The notes beneath the pieces were generated by a model, which did not search any database, was not told where the DNA came from, and saw nothing but the letters and a program-made list of their open reading frames with translations. Shown here piece by piece: positions 13,690-26,349 of a DNA stretch of 64,000 bases (its first letter is position 1; the number at the start of each line of letters is the position of its first letter). Origin of the DNA: Eledone cirrhosa (taxonomy: Eukaryota). The stretch is taken from positions 158,038,001 through 158,102,000 of the forward strand of contig OZ024741.1 in assembly GCA_964016885.1 (NCBI GenBank), written 5' to 3'. A program made the translations under genes and the position numbers.

Positions 13690-15740
13690 ACACATACAGA
13701 CCTTATGTAGTCTCCATCATGCCACAAAAACTGGCGATGGGCCTTTAACCTGTCCTGGGAGGCATAGGATGGATGCACAAAGATTGTGTATCCTGAAACC
13801 CCAAAGAGGGTTCAGAAGGGAACAAACATTGACAATTGGAACCTGGAATATCACAGCCATTACAGGTAAGGGACAAGAACTAGTGGAGGAGGCTAGATGC
13901 TACCGGCTATATATAGTCAGGATTTCCTCAATAGAGTTCTGTGGTTCTGATACTGTAAATTTGGATGGAGGATGGAAACTCCACTATTCAGGTGTGGTGC
14001 CAGAAATGACTGCACAGGTGGGAGTGAGGATACTCCCAAAGCACCCAGCTGTCAGAATGTGTTTTGGACTGGATCCCATTAGGAGGGATGATTTGCCTCT
14101 TGAAGCTTATGCTGAAAGATAGGTCTCTGTGAGTGGTGCCAGTTTATGCACCAAATGAGGAGTCTCAATACGGATCCTTCCTTGAGGAAGTCACTACAGC
14201 ATTAGATGTAGTTAAGACTGAGTCATATATCCTGATGTGAGACTTCAATGCATATGTAGGCACTGGCCACCTAACATGGAATGGAGTGATTGGAAGGAAC
14301 GGTGACTCCAATCTAAATATGAACAGAAAAGCCTTACTAGACTTCTGTTCTAGCAATGGAGTCTCTATTATGAACACCTTCCAACAGAGACATCCATAAA
14401 TATACATTGTATAAGAAGAATCAGGTACAGAGATCAATAATTGATTTTGTTATTGTCTCTGATCTCTTCAATTCTGTGCTGGATGTTCATGTTAAGAGAG
14501 GGGAAGAGCTGTTAACTGATCATCATCTAGTTATCTGCAACTTAAGACTACCTAAAGCCAAAGAAGCCCACAGAACTGGCAAGTCTAGGGCAACCTACAG
14601 GATAAAATGAGAAGCATTGGTGGATAAGGAAGTTTGGACCAGGTATGCAGATACTATTGCATCCAAATTCAGAGAAATCCCTGAGCAAACTAAGGACATT
14701 GAAACAGAGTGGAGATTGTTCAGATCAGCTGTTTCTGCTTCAGCTGTTAAATGCTGTGAGCAAAAAGGTTTGGTGTGGCACTGGATGGCAAGAGGACACC
14801 TTGGTTCAATAAAGAGGTCAAAGATGCCATCAGAGTAAAGAAGGAGGCCTACAAAGCTTGGCTTGGAAATAAGTCCTCCTTCTTGTACTTGAGGTACAAG
14901 CAGGCTCACAGAATCGCAACAGAGACAGTAAAGGCATCCAAAGTTAAGACATGGGAGGACTTTGGGGTTAAGTTGGAATCTGACTTCAGATCAGAAAATA
15001 AAGTGCTCTGGCAGATCATCAGCCGATTTCATAATAAGAGGTCCTCCTCCACACCTGCTATCAGGAACACATCTGGGGTTCAGCTCTCGTCAGAGAGGTG
15101 CATCCACATGAGGTGGAGAGAATACTTTTCTGATCTCCTAAACTTGGTCACAATAGCATCATCTGATGTACACGAGGTGTATCTGGGAGCTCATCTCTCA
15201 GATGCTCATCTCTTGGAGGCTGAGGTCACAAGAGCAGTTAAAGAGCTCAAATGTAGCAAGTTCAAATGTAGCAAGATGTTAAAAGCCTTAAATAGAGAAG
15301 GTATTCTCTGGCTGACTCATGTGTGCTGGGTGACCTGGATCTTTGGAGTACCAAAGCAATGGCAATTGGGAATTATAATCTCAATTTTCAAAAAGGGAGA
15401 CAAGAGAGATTATTCCAATTACAGAAGGATCTCCTTGTTAAGCCTCCCCTGTAAAGTCTATGCTAAGTGTATGTGTATGGCAAAATGATGCAGGAGGGAG
15501 ATTGTTGAGTACAAACTAACTGATGAACAGTGTGGCTTTCGCCCCGGATGCAGCACAGTCAACCAAATATTTATACTGCCTCAGGTCTTTGAAAAATTGT
15601 GGGAGTATTGCAAAGCGGTATATTCTTGTTTTGTAAACCTTGAAAAGGCATATGACCGCATTCCTCGGGACATGCTGTGCAAGGTTCTGCAGGAGTATGG
15701 GATCAATGGTCAGCTTCTTGCTGCCTTGATGTATCTATAT
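13690..15740 (+). mobile_element. Decayed RTE-clade LINE (APE endonuclease + N-terminal RT)
   Basis: IGTWNITA, SIIDFVIVS, LTDHHLV, FKKGDKRDYSNYRRISLLS and FVNLEKAYD motifs, broken by stops. Confidence 0.85.
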
Positions 15741-15859
15741 GAATATGAATATACAAGTTCCAATTCATGCATACATATATGTGAGGGGGTTGTATGTGTA
15801 GATATGTCTGTGTGTATGTATATTTATGTACATGTGTAATTTTATACATATGTATATTA

Positions 15860-16350
15860 AATCCAATACATTATCCTGCCAATTGACAATGATACTGCTG
15901 TACCAATCATTTGGTATGAGACCATCTAGTATTACGTGGTTTACAATACGTGTGGTTTTGGTGTGACCTACCGACCCAGATGCTTTCAGCCTCTCAGCAA
16001 CTGTTCCTGATGGACCAGCTGCAATCCCAGTCTTCATATCCTTAATTGCCTTACTTACTACACTGTTGCTGACTTGTACTGCTGGGCCCTCTATGGAGTC
16101 TACTTGGGGTAGGGTCTCTTTCTCCCATGCATTCTTCTCATTCAGTATCCTTCTCAGCACCTTTGAGGGCAAGTGCACCTTTATCATCCCAGACACACTT
16201 CTCAGCAATGACATCGCACTTTTCTCTAACGCACTATCTCAAACTCTTGAACACTTCCTGTTTCTGGTCCTCATGCGGCAAAACATGCTTGGATTTTTTT
16301 ATCCTCCACTTCCCTTCTTGCTCAGTACACTTTTTGTCTAGCTTCCCCCT
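15860..16350 (-). mobile_element. RTE LINE ORF fragment
   Basis: AIKDMKTGIAAGPSG..AE.LK and IPNDW.SSIIV motifs (ORF 15765-16214). Confidence 0.7.
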
Positions 16351-16364
16351 TTCCCCAGTTCTTT

Positions 16365-19172
16365 AATTTTTTATTTTCTTTTGTATTTTATTTCAGATTT
16401 TTTTATTTATATTTAATATTACTTATATTTCATTTTTTTTATTTGATAATTTTTAATTTTCTAACTTATTTTAATTTTATATTTTTATATATTTTTTAAA
16501 TATAAAAATATATAGATATATATTTTTTTACTTTATATTTTATTTTATTTTGGGATTTGGATTTTCATTTTATTTTATTTTATTATTTTTACCTATTTTA
16601 TGTTTATTTTCATTCATTTGTGCTTTATATGTTTTGTATTTTGTTTTTAATTTTGTAATTTTCACTTTTTATATTTATTTATATTTTTTATCTTACACTA
16701 TTTTTTTACTTTAATTTTTCATTTCATTTTCATTTTTTTATTTTATCTTAATATACTTTACATTTTATTTATATAATTTTTAAATTCTAAAATTTAAATA
16801 TATATATTTCTTAATTTTCTTTCATTTTTGATTATTTCTTTTCATTTATATTTTTTTATTCATTGTTTACTTTTCTGCTATTTTTATAATTTTGATTTCA
16901 TTATTTCATTTTTCAATTCTTTACACTGATATTTGAGTTTGTATTTTTTTAATTTTCGTGTTTTTATTTTTTTTTTCTCATTTTATTAATTTGTTTTATT
17001 TTTTATTTGTTGCATTTGAATATTTTTTTTAGTTTTTGTTTTTCATTTTTATTTTATTCTTATATCTACATTTGCGTTTTTTATTTCATTATTTTATATT
17101 TTGATGTTATTGCATATTTTCTATTTTATTTTTATTGTCCATTTACATTTTTTAATTTATAATTTTTATTTTTATTTTTATTTCTTGTTTTTTTGTTTTA
17201 CTTTTTATTTAACCAGATTTTAAAAATTATATTTCATTTATAGTTATTATAAAAAAAATCTAAATTAAATAGATAATTTCAAAAAATAACAATAGAAAGA
17301 CACAAAATAAAAAATAATAAAAGAAAATATATAGGTGGTATAAAAATAAAAATAAAAATAAAAATAAAAATAAAAATAAAAATAAAAATAAAAATAAAAC
17401 TATTTTTTTAATAAATAAATAAATGAATAAACGAAATAACAATAAAAGAATCGATAAACTTTAAAATAAAGAAGTTTAATATAATTGAAACAATTTTTAT
17501 TTATTATGAAATTAAACTTGGAAACAATAAGATTAAAAAGTTACATTGAAAACATAAATATTAAAACATGAAAAAGAAAAACATAAAACAAAATAAAATA
17601 AATATATAAATAAAAAAGAAAATTAAAACTGAAAAAATAAAATAAATAACAAAAATATATGAATAATAATAAATGAAATATAAGAAATAAAATATATGAA
17701 TATGAAAAAATAACACTAAATAAATAACGCTAAAAAATAACACTAAATAAATGATAAAAAAATTAAAATTAAAATTAAATATAGAATACGAAATAAAATT
17801 TAAAAAAGAAAGAATAGAAAATGGAAATATATGAGAAATAAAAAATAAAAATAAACAAATATAAACAAAAATAAACAAACATAAGAAATAATAAAAAAAT
17901 TTTTAAATTAAAAAAGAAAAGAATAAAACTAACATTAAAAACAAAATAAGTAAAATAAATAAAAAAATTAAAAAAAATAAAATTAAGAACAAATTAAAAA
18001 GTAATTAGCTCATTTCCAGGTGCCGAAGATGCTTCGTCCTTGAGGACGCACCTTAATTTTGACAACCAAAAATTTGAAAAAAAATAATTGTTTCTACTTT
18101 TGGCACAAGGCCAGCAATTAACTTACTGTATTACTGGTACTTTATTTTATCGACCTCATAAGGGGCGTAACCCTTTGCTGCAAAGCAGGGCGTCCGACCC
18201 TCTACCGATACTGCCAATCCACCGCCTTCAGTGGATTGGCAGTATCGGTAGAGGGTTAACCGCCGAGGTTAACTTTGCCTTTCATCCTTATGGGGTCGAT
18301 AAAATAAAGTACCAGTAATACACTGGGATAATTGCTGGCCTTGTACCAAAAAAATAATAAACAATCTTCGCTTCCAGGACGCATTTTAGACTTATTTTAG
18401 GAAAAAAGTAGCATCTTCAACACTGGGAAATACGGTACGTAAAAATAGAATTAAACAAATAAATAGATAAAATTAAATACCCATTGAAATAAATAGAATA
18501 TAAGAATAAAAAATAAATTAAAATGAAAAATATTAAAAATGGAAAAGTTAAAAATCTAATAATTAAACTATTAGTAAAAAAATAAGAAATAAAAAATAAA
18601 TGAAATTATATTAAAAAAGTAAGGAACTAAAATAAAATAAGGTAAAAAATAATAATAAAATATAAATATAAATAATACTAAAAATTAATATTTAAAAAGT
18701 TAATATGATATATAAAAAATTAAAATTAAAGAGGAAAAATAAAATAATTGGATAGAATAAAATATAAATAAATATTTAAATTATTAAGGATTTAAAAATA
18801 TAGTAAAAAATACCAATTAAAATTAAAATTTAAATAAAACGTTTTACATATATATTTTTTTAAATGTGAAAGAATTGAAAACAGAAAATAGAAAATAATG
18901 AAAAAAATGAGACAAAAATAAAAAATACCAAAAATTAGAACAAAATGAAATAAGAAATATTAAATAATAAAAAGCAAAGATAAATGAGCAATATACATTT
19001 TTTTCTAATTAAGCGAAAATAAAAATAAGAATCTTAAATAAATGATAATAATTATAATAATAAATATATGAATTAAAAATAAAAATATTTAAAAAAATAA
19101 TATTGTAACAAAAATATAAAAAAATATATATGAAATATTTATATATATATAATATAAAATATAATTTTCAAA
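16365..19172. repeat. Extremely AT-rich low-complexity tract (T-rich then A-rich)
   Basis: Direct reading. Strand polarity switches near 17245. Confidence 0.85.
18008..18435. mobile_element. Tc1/mariner-type (CCGTATTT TIR) MITE containing a head-to-head SINE pair
   Basis: Right TIR gcatcttcaacactgggaaatacgg|TA versus left catttccaggtgccgaagatgc. Inverted SINE pair at 18086-18365. Confidence 0.55.
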
Positions 19173-19177
19173 ATTGA

Positions 19178-19590
19178 CGCTAACCCTAAACCAAACCAAA
19201 TCCCTAACACCTAACCCTGACACAAAGCCGAACCTTAAACCTTGCCCTAAACTTTACCCTAAGCCTAATCTTAACACTAACCTTATCATAACATTAATTC
19301 TAAGCCTGAAACCTAACCCTGAACTAAATACTAACTCTAGCCCTAGCCCTAATCCTAATTTTAACCATCTACCGTCGTAACTCTAATGCTTACTTAACCC
19401 TAATCCGCTGTTCTAACCCTAATTCTAATCCATTCACTGTCCTAATCCTAAACCAACCCGATCTGCTGTCCTAACCCTAACCCTAAAGCCAACCCCTAAC
19501 TGCAGTCCTAACCTAATTCTGACCCTAACAGCTGTCCTAAACTAAGCCCAACCCTAAACCTAAAGACATAATTGTCCTAACTCTAACCCT
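19178..19590. repeat. Degenerate (CCCTAA)n-like tract
   Basis: Recurring ctaaccctaa variants. Confidence 0.75.
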
Positions 19591-20410
19591 TATTGTACAT
19601 ACTCAAAATTAAATTTACATAAATCAAGTAAAACATTTATAATGCAAGAAAGATAACTCTTGTAAGATGCTGCTGGGAAAATGACAGCGCACTTAAACAA
19701 AGTTTTGTCGTCTGTATTACATGCTTGCACACGCAACACACACACTCTTTATAATATAACTATGCTCTACTGCACCAAGTATCGAGTACTCGGTTGAGAA
19801 CTTAATCGAACCAGTTTAAAATTGATTCCTTCCTGATTTATACACACACACACACGCACACACACACACACACATACACACATACGCACACACACACACA
19901 CACATATCTCACCCTTCACTCACTCACTCTCTGTTACTACCTCTCCTCCTCCTCCTTCTTCCCGTTTGACCTGTGCGTAATTCTTTTCTTTCGCGCGCTT
20001 GGTCAGGCTGGTTCGCCTTTTTTCTCTCTCTCGTCTACGATTTCACAGAACTTATGTTCACCGAATTCACAGACTAGATTCCTTCTTCCTCCCGTTAGAC
20101 CTGTACGGAATTCCTTCCTTGCTCACATTCCAACCAGGTTTGATGGTCTTTATTCTCTCTCGTTCACGATTTCACCGAACTTATATTCATGGAAATTTGG
20201 GACTTGACTCGTTCTTCCTCATTTTTCGTTGCTTCACCATCCTTGTTTGTTTACACTCTCGCTGTTCCCTTTATTTACGTGTCCCAACGACTTTCTTTAG
20301 CCGTTGCTCGCACCAACCGGAGGTATATGGTCTTTAAAGCGAAGTAATACCGATGATGGTTGGAAGATCACTGATGAAGGACCACTTTATTCATATATAT
20401 ATATATATAT

Positions 20411-21406
20411 ATAAAGAATTAATATCTAGTAACATATATATACATACAGATGCATATCAATGCTAGCAAATATATAGGTTTTGTCTTAGTAACTTTGTGG
20501 TTCAATGCATGGGGTTGCAGAACAATAATATGAGAGACGTAAAATAAGAAAATTATAAAATTAACTTACTTACTAAAATATCACTTCCAACTAATTAGTT
20601 TCTGGAATGGAATAAATATATTTTCCGAAGAAGATACAGAGAAGCATTCCGTCGTCAGGGAGGTCCATTCTCATCTAAGTATCCAGGCAAAGCGTGGACA
20701 CTGGAAACTTATTAAAAAATAATTCAGTGGATAGGAAATAGCAAAGCGTGGACTGAATTCCTAGCCATTGAGAAAATCACTGCCTCTGCGTCGGTGGCAA
20801 ATTCAAAATGAATCAATCACGTGACATCGAGGTCAATCAGTGGAAAGTGGTTTGCTAATAAGACAGCGGCCTGCTACCATAGCAGCAGTCATGGCTAATA
20901 TTGCTCGACAAATAATTTGGAGATAATTATAAAGAATTAATATCTAGTAACATATATATACATACAGATGCATATCAATGCTAGCAAATATATAGGTTTT
21001 GTCTTAGTAACTTTGTGGTTCAATGCATGGGGTTGCAGAACAATAATATGAGAGACGTAAAATAAGAAAATTATAGCAAACCACTTTCCACTGATTGACC
21101 TCGATGTCACGTGATTGATTCTTTTTGAATTTGCCACCGACGCAGAGGCAGTGATTTTCTCAATGGCTAGGAATTCAGTCCACGCTTTGCTATTTCCTAT
21201 CCACTGAATTATTTTTTAATAAGTTTCCAGTGTCCACGCTTTGCCTGGATACTTAGATGAGAATAGACCTCCCTGACGACGGAATGCTTCTGTATATCTT
21301 CTTCGGAAAATATATTTATTCCATTCCAGAAACTAATTAGTTGGAAGTGATATTTTAGTAAGTAAGTAAGTTAATTTTATAATTTTCTTATTTTACGTCT
21401 CTCATA
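20411..21406 (-). mobile_element. Non-coding HHR element: 518-nt monomer + partial tandem + inverted segment
   Basis: Direct repeats start at 20411 and 20929. Inverted arms 20529-20857/21074-21406. (TA)n on both flanks. Confidence 0.8.
21267..21348 (+). ncRNA. Type I hammerhead ribozyme (mirror copy on - strand at 20583-20664)
   Basis: acctcc-CTGACGA-c-ggaatg...cattcc-a-GAAA-CTAATTAG-T-T-ggaagt. Palindromic stem III ACTAATTAGT, GUU triplet. Confidence 0.75.
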
Positions 21407-21419
21407 TATATATATATAT

Positions 21420-22210
21420 CATCATCATCATCATCATCGTTTAACGTCCATTTTCCACGCTAGCATGGGTCTGGACGGGAATTGTCCCACTTGAGGCAAG
21501 ATTGGTTGTCTTGCTCAGGACTGTCTGGCGGGTTTTCTACGGCTGGATGCCCTTCCTAACACCAACCACGTTTACAGTGTGGACTGGGAGGTTTTTACCG
21601 TGTTACCTACACGGCCACATTACAGCGTGGACTGTGTGTTTTATTGTCGTGACACCTACACGTCTGGCGGGTTTTCTACGGCTGGATGCCCTTCCTAACG
21701 CTAACCACGTTTACAGTGTGGACTGGGAGGTTTTTACCGTGTTACCTACACGGCCACATTACAGCGTGGACTGTGTGTTTTTTTGTCGAGACACCTACAC
21801 GACCTCATTTCTTTCGGACTGGATGTTGTGGTACCAACATAACTTCACATTTAAGGGGAAGGGGTAGTGGGGGTGGGGGTGGGGTATTTTGTTAGAGGTG
21901 CCTACTGACTAGGTTTCGCTTTGTACTTAGGCAAGGCGGGTCTTATGTATAACTGTGTAGCGCCAAAGATCTCGGTCCAGTGACATTGTCTTGGAGAGGT
22001 GTAAGTGTGTGAGGTCGGAATTTATCAAGTCGCCCCAGGTTTTTCTGGGTCTGCCTACTCCGTGGCTACCGTCTATTTTTATCGCCCTGCACTTTTTTAT
22101 ACAGCTGTAATCTTTCATGCGCATCACGTGACCGTAGCAACGTAGTCTTCTCTCGAGTAAACAACATCTGATCCCTCTTATTCCTAATTTCTCCCTTAGT
22201 TCGTTTATGC
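21420..22210 (-). mobile_element. RTE LINE 3' end with (GAT)n tail
   Basis: GVGRPRKTW motif. The 3' UTR is shared with 28990-30420 and 31300-32410 and contains an internal ~140-bp tandem duplication. Confidence 0.8.
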
Positions 22211-22968
22211 TTTTATATATATATAGAGAGAGAGAAAGGGGGAGAGAGGGGGGGAATAGAAATGCAATGACGCAGAAAACTTGTTAGAAGTAATTCTCCT
22301 CGGGATTTAAACATGAAATGATATAGTTACAAATGAATTATATTAAATTGAGCGAATATTTATATTTATAATATACAGGAGATAACTCTTGTAAAATGCT
22401 GCCAACAATTTATAGGATTATTTCCCCTTGAAATTTAATTGGCATGCAGCATGAATAATATTTTATAGTTCGTATAATACGCATATATATCATAACACTA
22501 TCTCTATTTATAATTGGTTCTACTTTGGACCCAAGGCCAGCAATTACATCTGTGCGTGACTGGTACTTTATTTAATCGACCCCGTAAAGATGAAAGGCAA
22601 AATTAAACTCGGCGAGATTTGAACTCAGAATGTAAAGGACCAAAACTCTATGCCGTAAAGCATGGTGTCTGATGCTCTGCCAATCCACCGGCTCTCTAGA
22701 GTGCAAGGAAATAACTTCGATCTAATGCAGCAGAACAGTTACAGAATTATTCGATAAGTCTTAATACTAACCCTAACTTTATATAATTGAAAATGCATCA
22801 AATTATATTTAGTAGAAAAAAAAAAAAAAAAAAAAAAATCAATATACACAAGGGAGATAACTTGTAAAATGCAACAGAAAATTGCATTTTATTTGCTTAT
22901 AAATTAATTGGCATACTAGATGGACAAAATTCTGTATTACACGTGCTTATACTAAACCTACATTTAAC

Positions 22969-23043
<75 letters not shown>

Positions 23044-23529
23044 GGGGTAACAGATTATTGTTATAGGTAGACCACATAGGTGTAGTCCAGTTAGGGTACT
23101 CCGAGTAGTGGATGATATCAACGCTTGGCTAAGTTTGACTCAACAAGGCGTTTCCATAGTGATGCTGCGAGTACGCGGTGATTTCTATGTTGTTAACACT
23201 TGGAGTAATGATAAATCAGAAAAGAAGAGTGACACGGTTTGCTATACAAAAAAGGTTTTTAATCTCATTGCTGACAATTGTTGCTCTGAACTGGTAGGTC
23301 TAGAGATCACTACCCACTTATTTTCACGTTATTCGATCACCAATACATAGTTGTAACCAGTCACTTCATCAGAGCTTGTGATAATGAAAGGAATATACAG
23401 GCATGGCTTCTATATATAGTAATTCAATCAGAACAATAACAACAATACTAACAATGCTAGCAATAAATTATTTGAAATAATCACATCAATCTAAGTAAGA
23501 AACATATATATATATATGTGTGTTTTAGG

Positions 23530-23920
23530 CATACGTTAAGACGGGCGTCTGGGAAAGTGAAAGTAAATTATTTGACAACAGAGAATTTTTTTTCTTTTTT
23601 TTTTTTTACAATGAAAGTTACGATACACACGCAATTGTATGGATTTCTTAATATATATATATGTGTGGGTGTGTATATGTGTGTATATATATGTGTGTCT
23701 GTATGTATATATATATGTGTGTTTGTATATATATATATATGTGTTTGTGTCATCATCATCGTTTAACGTCTATCTAAAGAAAAAATAATCACACACGCAA
23801 TACTAATTAACACCATATATATATATATATATATATATGGTGTTAATTAGTATTGCGTGTGTGATTATTTTTTCTTTAGATAGACGTTAAACGATGATGA
23901 TGACACAATACTAATTAACA

Positions 23921-23960
<40 letters not shown>

Positions 23961-24236
23961 TGTTAATTAGTATTGCGTGTGTGATTATTTTTTCTTTAGA
24001 TAGACGTTAAACGATGATGATGACACAAATACATATATATATACAAACACACATATATATATACATACTGACACACATATATATACACACATATACACAC
24101 CCACACATATATATATATTAAGAAATCCATACAATTGCGTGTGTATCGTAACTTTCACTATAAAAAAAAATAAAAAAAAATTCTCTGTTGTCAAATAATT
24201 TACTTTCACTTTCCCAGACGCCCGTCTTAACGTATG
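23530..24236. repeat. Large inverted duplication with (TA)n centre
   Basis: Arms ~23530-23815 and 23959-24236, with an internal partial duplication at 23839-23922. Confidence 0.85.
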
Positions 24237-24240
24237 TCAT

Positions 24241-24636
24241 CTGTGGATAGCTGAGAGATAGAGTCCTATCGGATGCCAGTTGCTAATCGCTTTACCGTGT
24301 CGGTTGTCACAAACAGTTATGACCGGCACGGGCTGGTGTTTGGATTCTGTCGATCGATTGGTTATTGATTAGGCGATACCCGCTGATGAAGCCGCATAAG
24401 CTGATTGTGCATTGTTGCATAATATATGCCGACAGATGGTGCAGTGCACCTTACTGCTGCATTAGTGCGGCAGAAACTCAAGTCCGGGAACCTTATAGGC
24501 ACCCGTTTTACGTGTGTTGTGTTGAGGCAAATAACTATGTGTATACTCTGGTAATGTATCTTACATTGCCCATTGAGTGTGCTGAGATACAACCAGTACT
24601 GGCATTGATAAATATGCTGGGTCCGTCAACCCTTAT
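24241..24636 (+). ncRNA. Highly structured retrozyme-like RNA with type I hammerhead (24379-24488)
   Basis: cccg-CTGATGA-a-gccgcat...gtgcggc-a-GAAA-CTCAAG-T-C-cggg (GUC triplet). Flanking long G-U-containing stems. Ends in (TA)n. Confidence 0.8.
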
Positions 24637-24658
24637 TATATATATATATAAAGACATG

Positions 24659-24733
24659 GGTCATTTAGTTCAATGGCACAGAGCGCTCAGCCGGATTTTG
24701 AGAGGTACAGAGTTCGATTCTCTGTAGTGGCTG
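24659..24733 (+). pseudogene. tRNA-like sequence (tRNA pseudogene or SINE head)
   Basis: Cloverleaf stems GGTCATT/AGTGGCT, GTTC/GAGC, CTCAG/TTGAG and CAGAG/CTCTG with TTCGATT loop. Non-canonical anticodon loop CCGGATT and one extra base before the 3' acceptor strand. Confidence 0.55.
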
Positions 24734-25099
24734 CTGCCCAAGTTTTTCCATTTATAGAAGTATTTTACCTTATATTCTAAGTTGTGTTCACAGCTATATT
24801 ACTGCATTCAAGATTTTCTACATTTTCTAAGCATACATATGTGTGTGTGCATATGTGTGCTTTTGTGTGTGTAAGTATTCTATTTGAAGTGTACTCACCT
24901 CAATGCAAATAACCACAATAATAGTCAATCATTATAAATAATAATTAAGAAAATTGGGTAAAGTATCTCTGGATAGAGGCGCCTCTGTTGGGACAACTAC
25001 ACTTCCGATTTCAAATTGTTTTCTCCTTTTCCGTCTTCTTCTTCTTCTTCTTAAAAATGACAGGTAAATAAAGCTTAAAGATGGCAGGTAAATGGTCAG

Positions 25100-25170
25100 T
25101 CTCACTTTGGTGTAATGGTAGAGGAGCTGTCTGGCATGAGCATGTGTGGGTTTGATTCCCACAGGTGAGG
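25100..25170 (+). pseudogene. Degenerate tRNA-like sequence
   Basis: A-box tggtgtaatggta, T-arm gtgggtttgattcccac, acceptor ctcact/ggtgag. Confidence 0.4.
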
Positions 25171-25465
25171 AAATCTACTTTTTCCATCTTTAGGCACTTA
25201 TATGCCTAGCGTTTCAAAGTAAAAAAAAAAACTCTATTTTGAAGAAATAAGAACATTTATAAAAAGTGCAATTTCCATAGTATTAATGTAATATAATTTT
25301 AATATAATATTATCTCCTCACCACCACATCATGGCTGTTTTTTTTTTACTAAGTCCACAAGTGAAATACTAAAGCCCACAAGCACACTAGTATTTCACTG
25401 TTCCAGCTTTAATATTTTTCACAGTGCAAGGACCATACTGTAAATACGGTTGAACCATGCAACAT

Positions 25466-25511
<46 letters not shown>

Positions 25512-25519
25512 GTAATAGT

Positions 25520-26340
25520 AGGGTGGTGGATTGGTAGTATCGGTAAAGTATTGGACAACATATTTGCAGAATATAGTTACATCCCCTTAGTTCTGAGTTC
25601 AAATCTTGCCAAGGTTAACTTTGCCTTTCATCCTTACGGGGGTCGATAAAATAAAGTGCCATCAATTTAACCAACTTTCTCCTCCCCACAAATTGTTGGC
25701 CTTGTGCCTAAATCAGAAACCATTAACATTTGCAGCATAGAATTACGGCCCTTTACATTCTGAGCTCAAATCCTGCTGAGTTTAGCTTTACCTTTCATCC
25801 TTACAGAGTCGATAAAATAAAGTACCAGTAATGCACTGGGGTTGATTTAATAGACTTTCCTTTTCCCCTAAATTGTTGGTCTTGTGCCTAAATCAGAAAC
25901 AATTATTATTAGCAGTAGTAGAATGGGGGATTGGCAGTATTGATAGAGTATCGGAGAACATGCTTTTATGCTATATAGTTATGTTCCTTTACTTTCTGAG
26001 TTCAAATCCTGCCAAGGTTAGCTTTGCTTTTCCTCCTTACGGGGTAAATATAATAAAGTACCAGGTCAATTTAATCGACTTTACCCTCCCCCAAAATTGT
26101 TGACCTTGTGCCAAAATCAGAAACCATTATTAGCAGTAGAATGGCGGTGGATTGGCAGTATCAGTAGAGGGTCGGACGCCATGCTTTCCAGCATAGTTAT
26201 GTCCCTTTACGATCTGAGTTCAAATCCCGCCGAGGTTAACTTTGCCTTTCATCCTTACGGGGTCGATAAAATAAACTACCAGTAATGCACTGGGTAATTG
26301 CTGGTCTTGTGCCTAAAGTAGAAACAGTTATTAGCAGTAG
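25520..26340 (+). mobile_element. Tandem cluster of ~4 SINE copies
   Basis: Repeated ggattggcagtat...gagttcaaatcc...gcctttcatccttacggggtcgataaaa...tagaaac units. Confidence 0.8.
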
Positions 26341-26349
26341 AAGTGAAGT

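Noticed and set aside
19178-19590. True telomere or fusion site
   Set aside because: The repeats are highly degenerate, short and single-orientation.
20365-20392. ctgatgaaggacc next to (TA)n
   Set aside because: No following GAAA or stem III, so it is truncated and cannot be called.
23280-23380. Minus-strand CTGATGA with downstream hairpins
   Set aside because: Stems I and III could not be closed canonically, so at most a decayed HHR.
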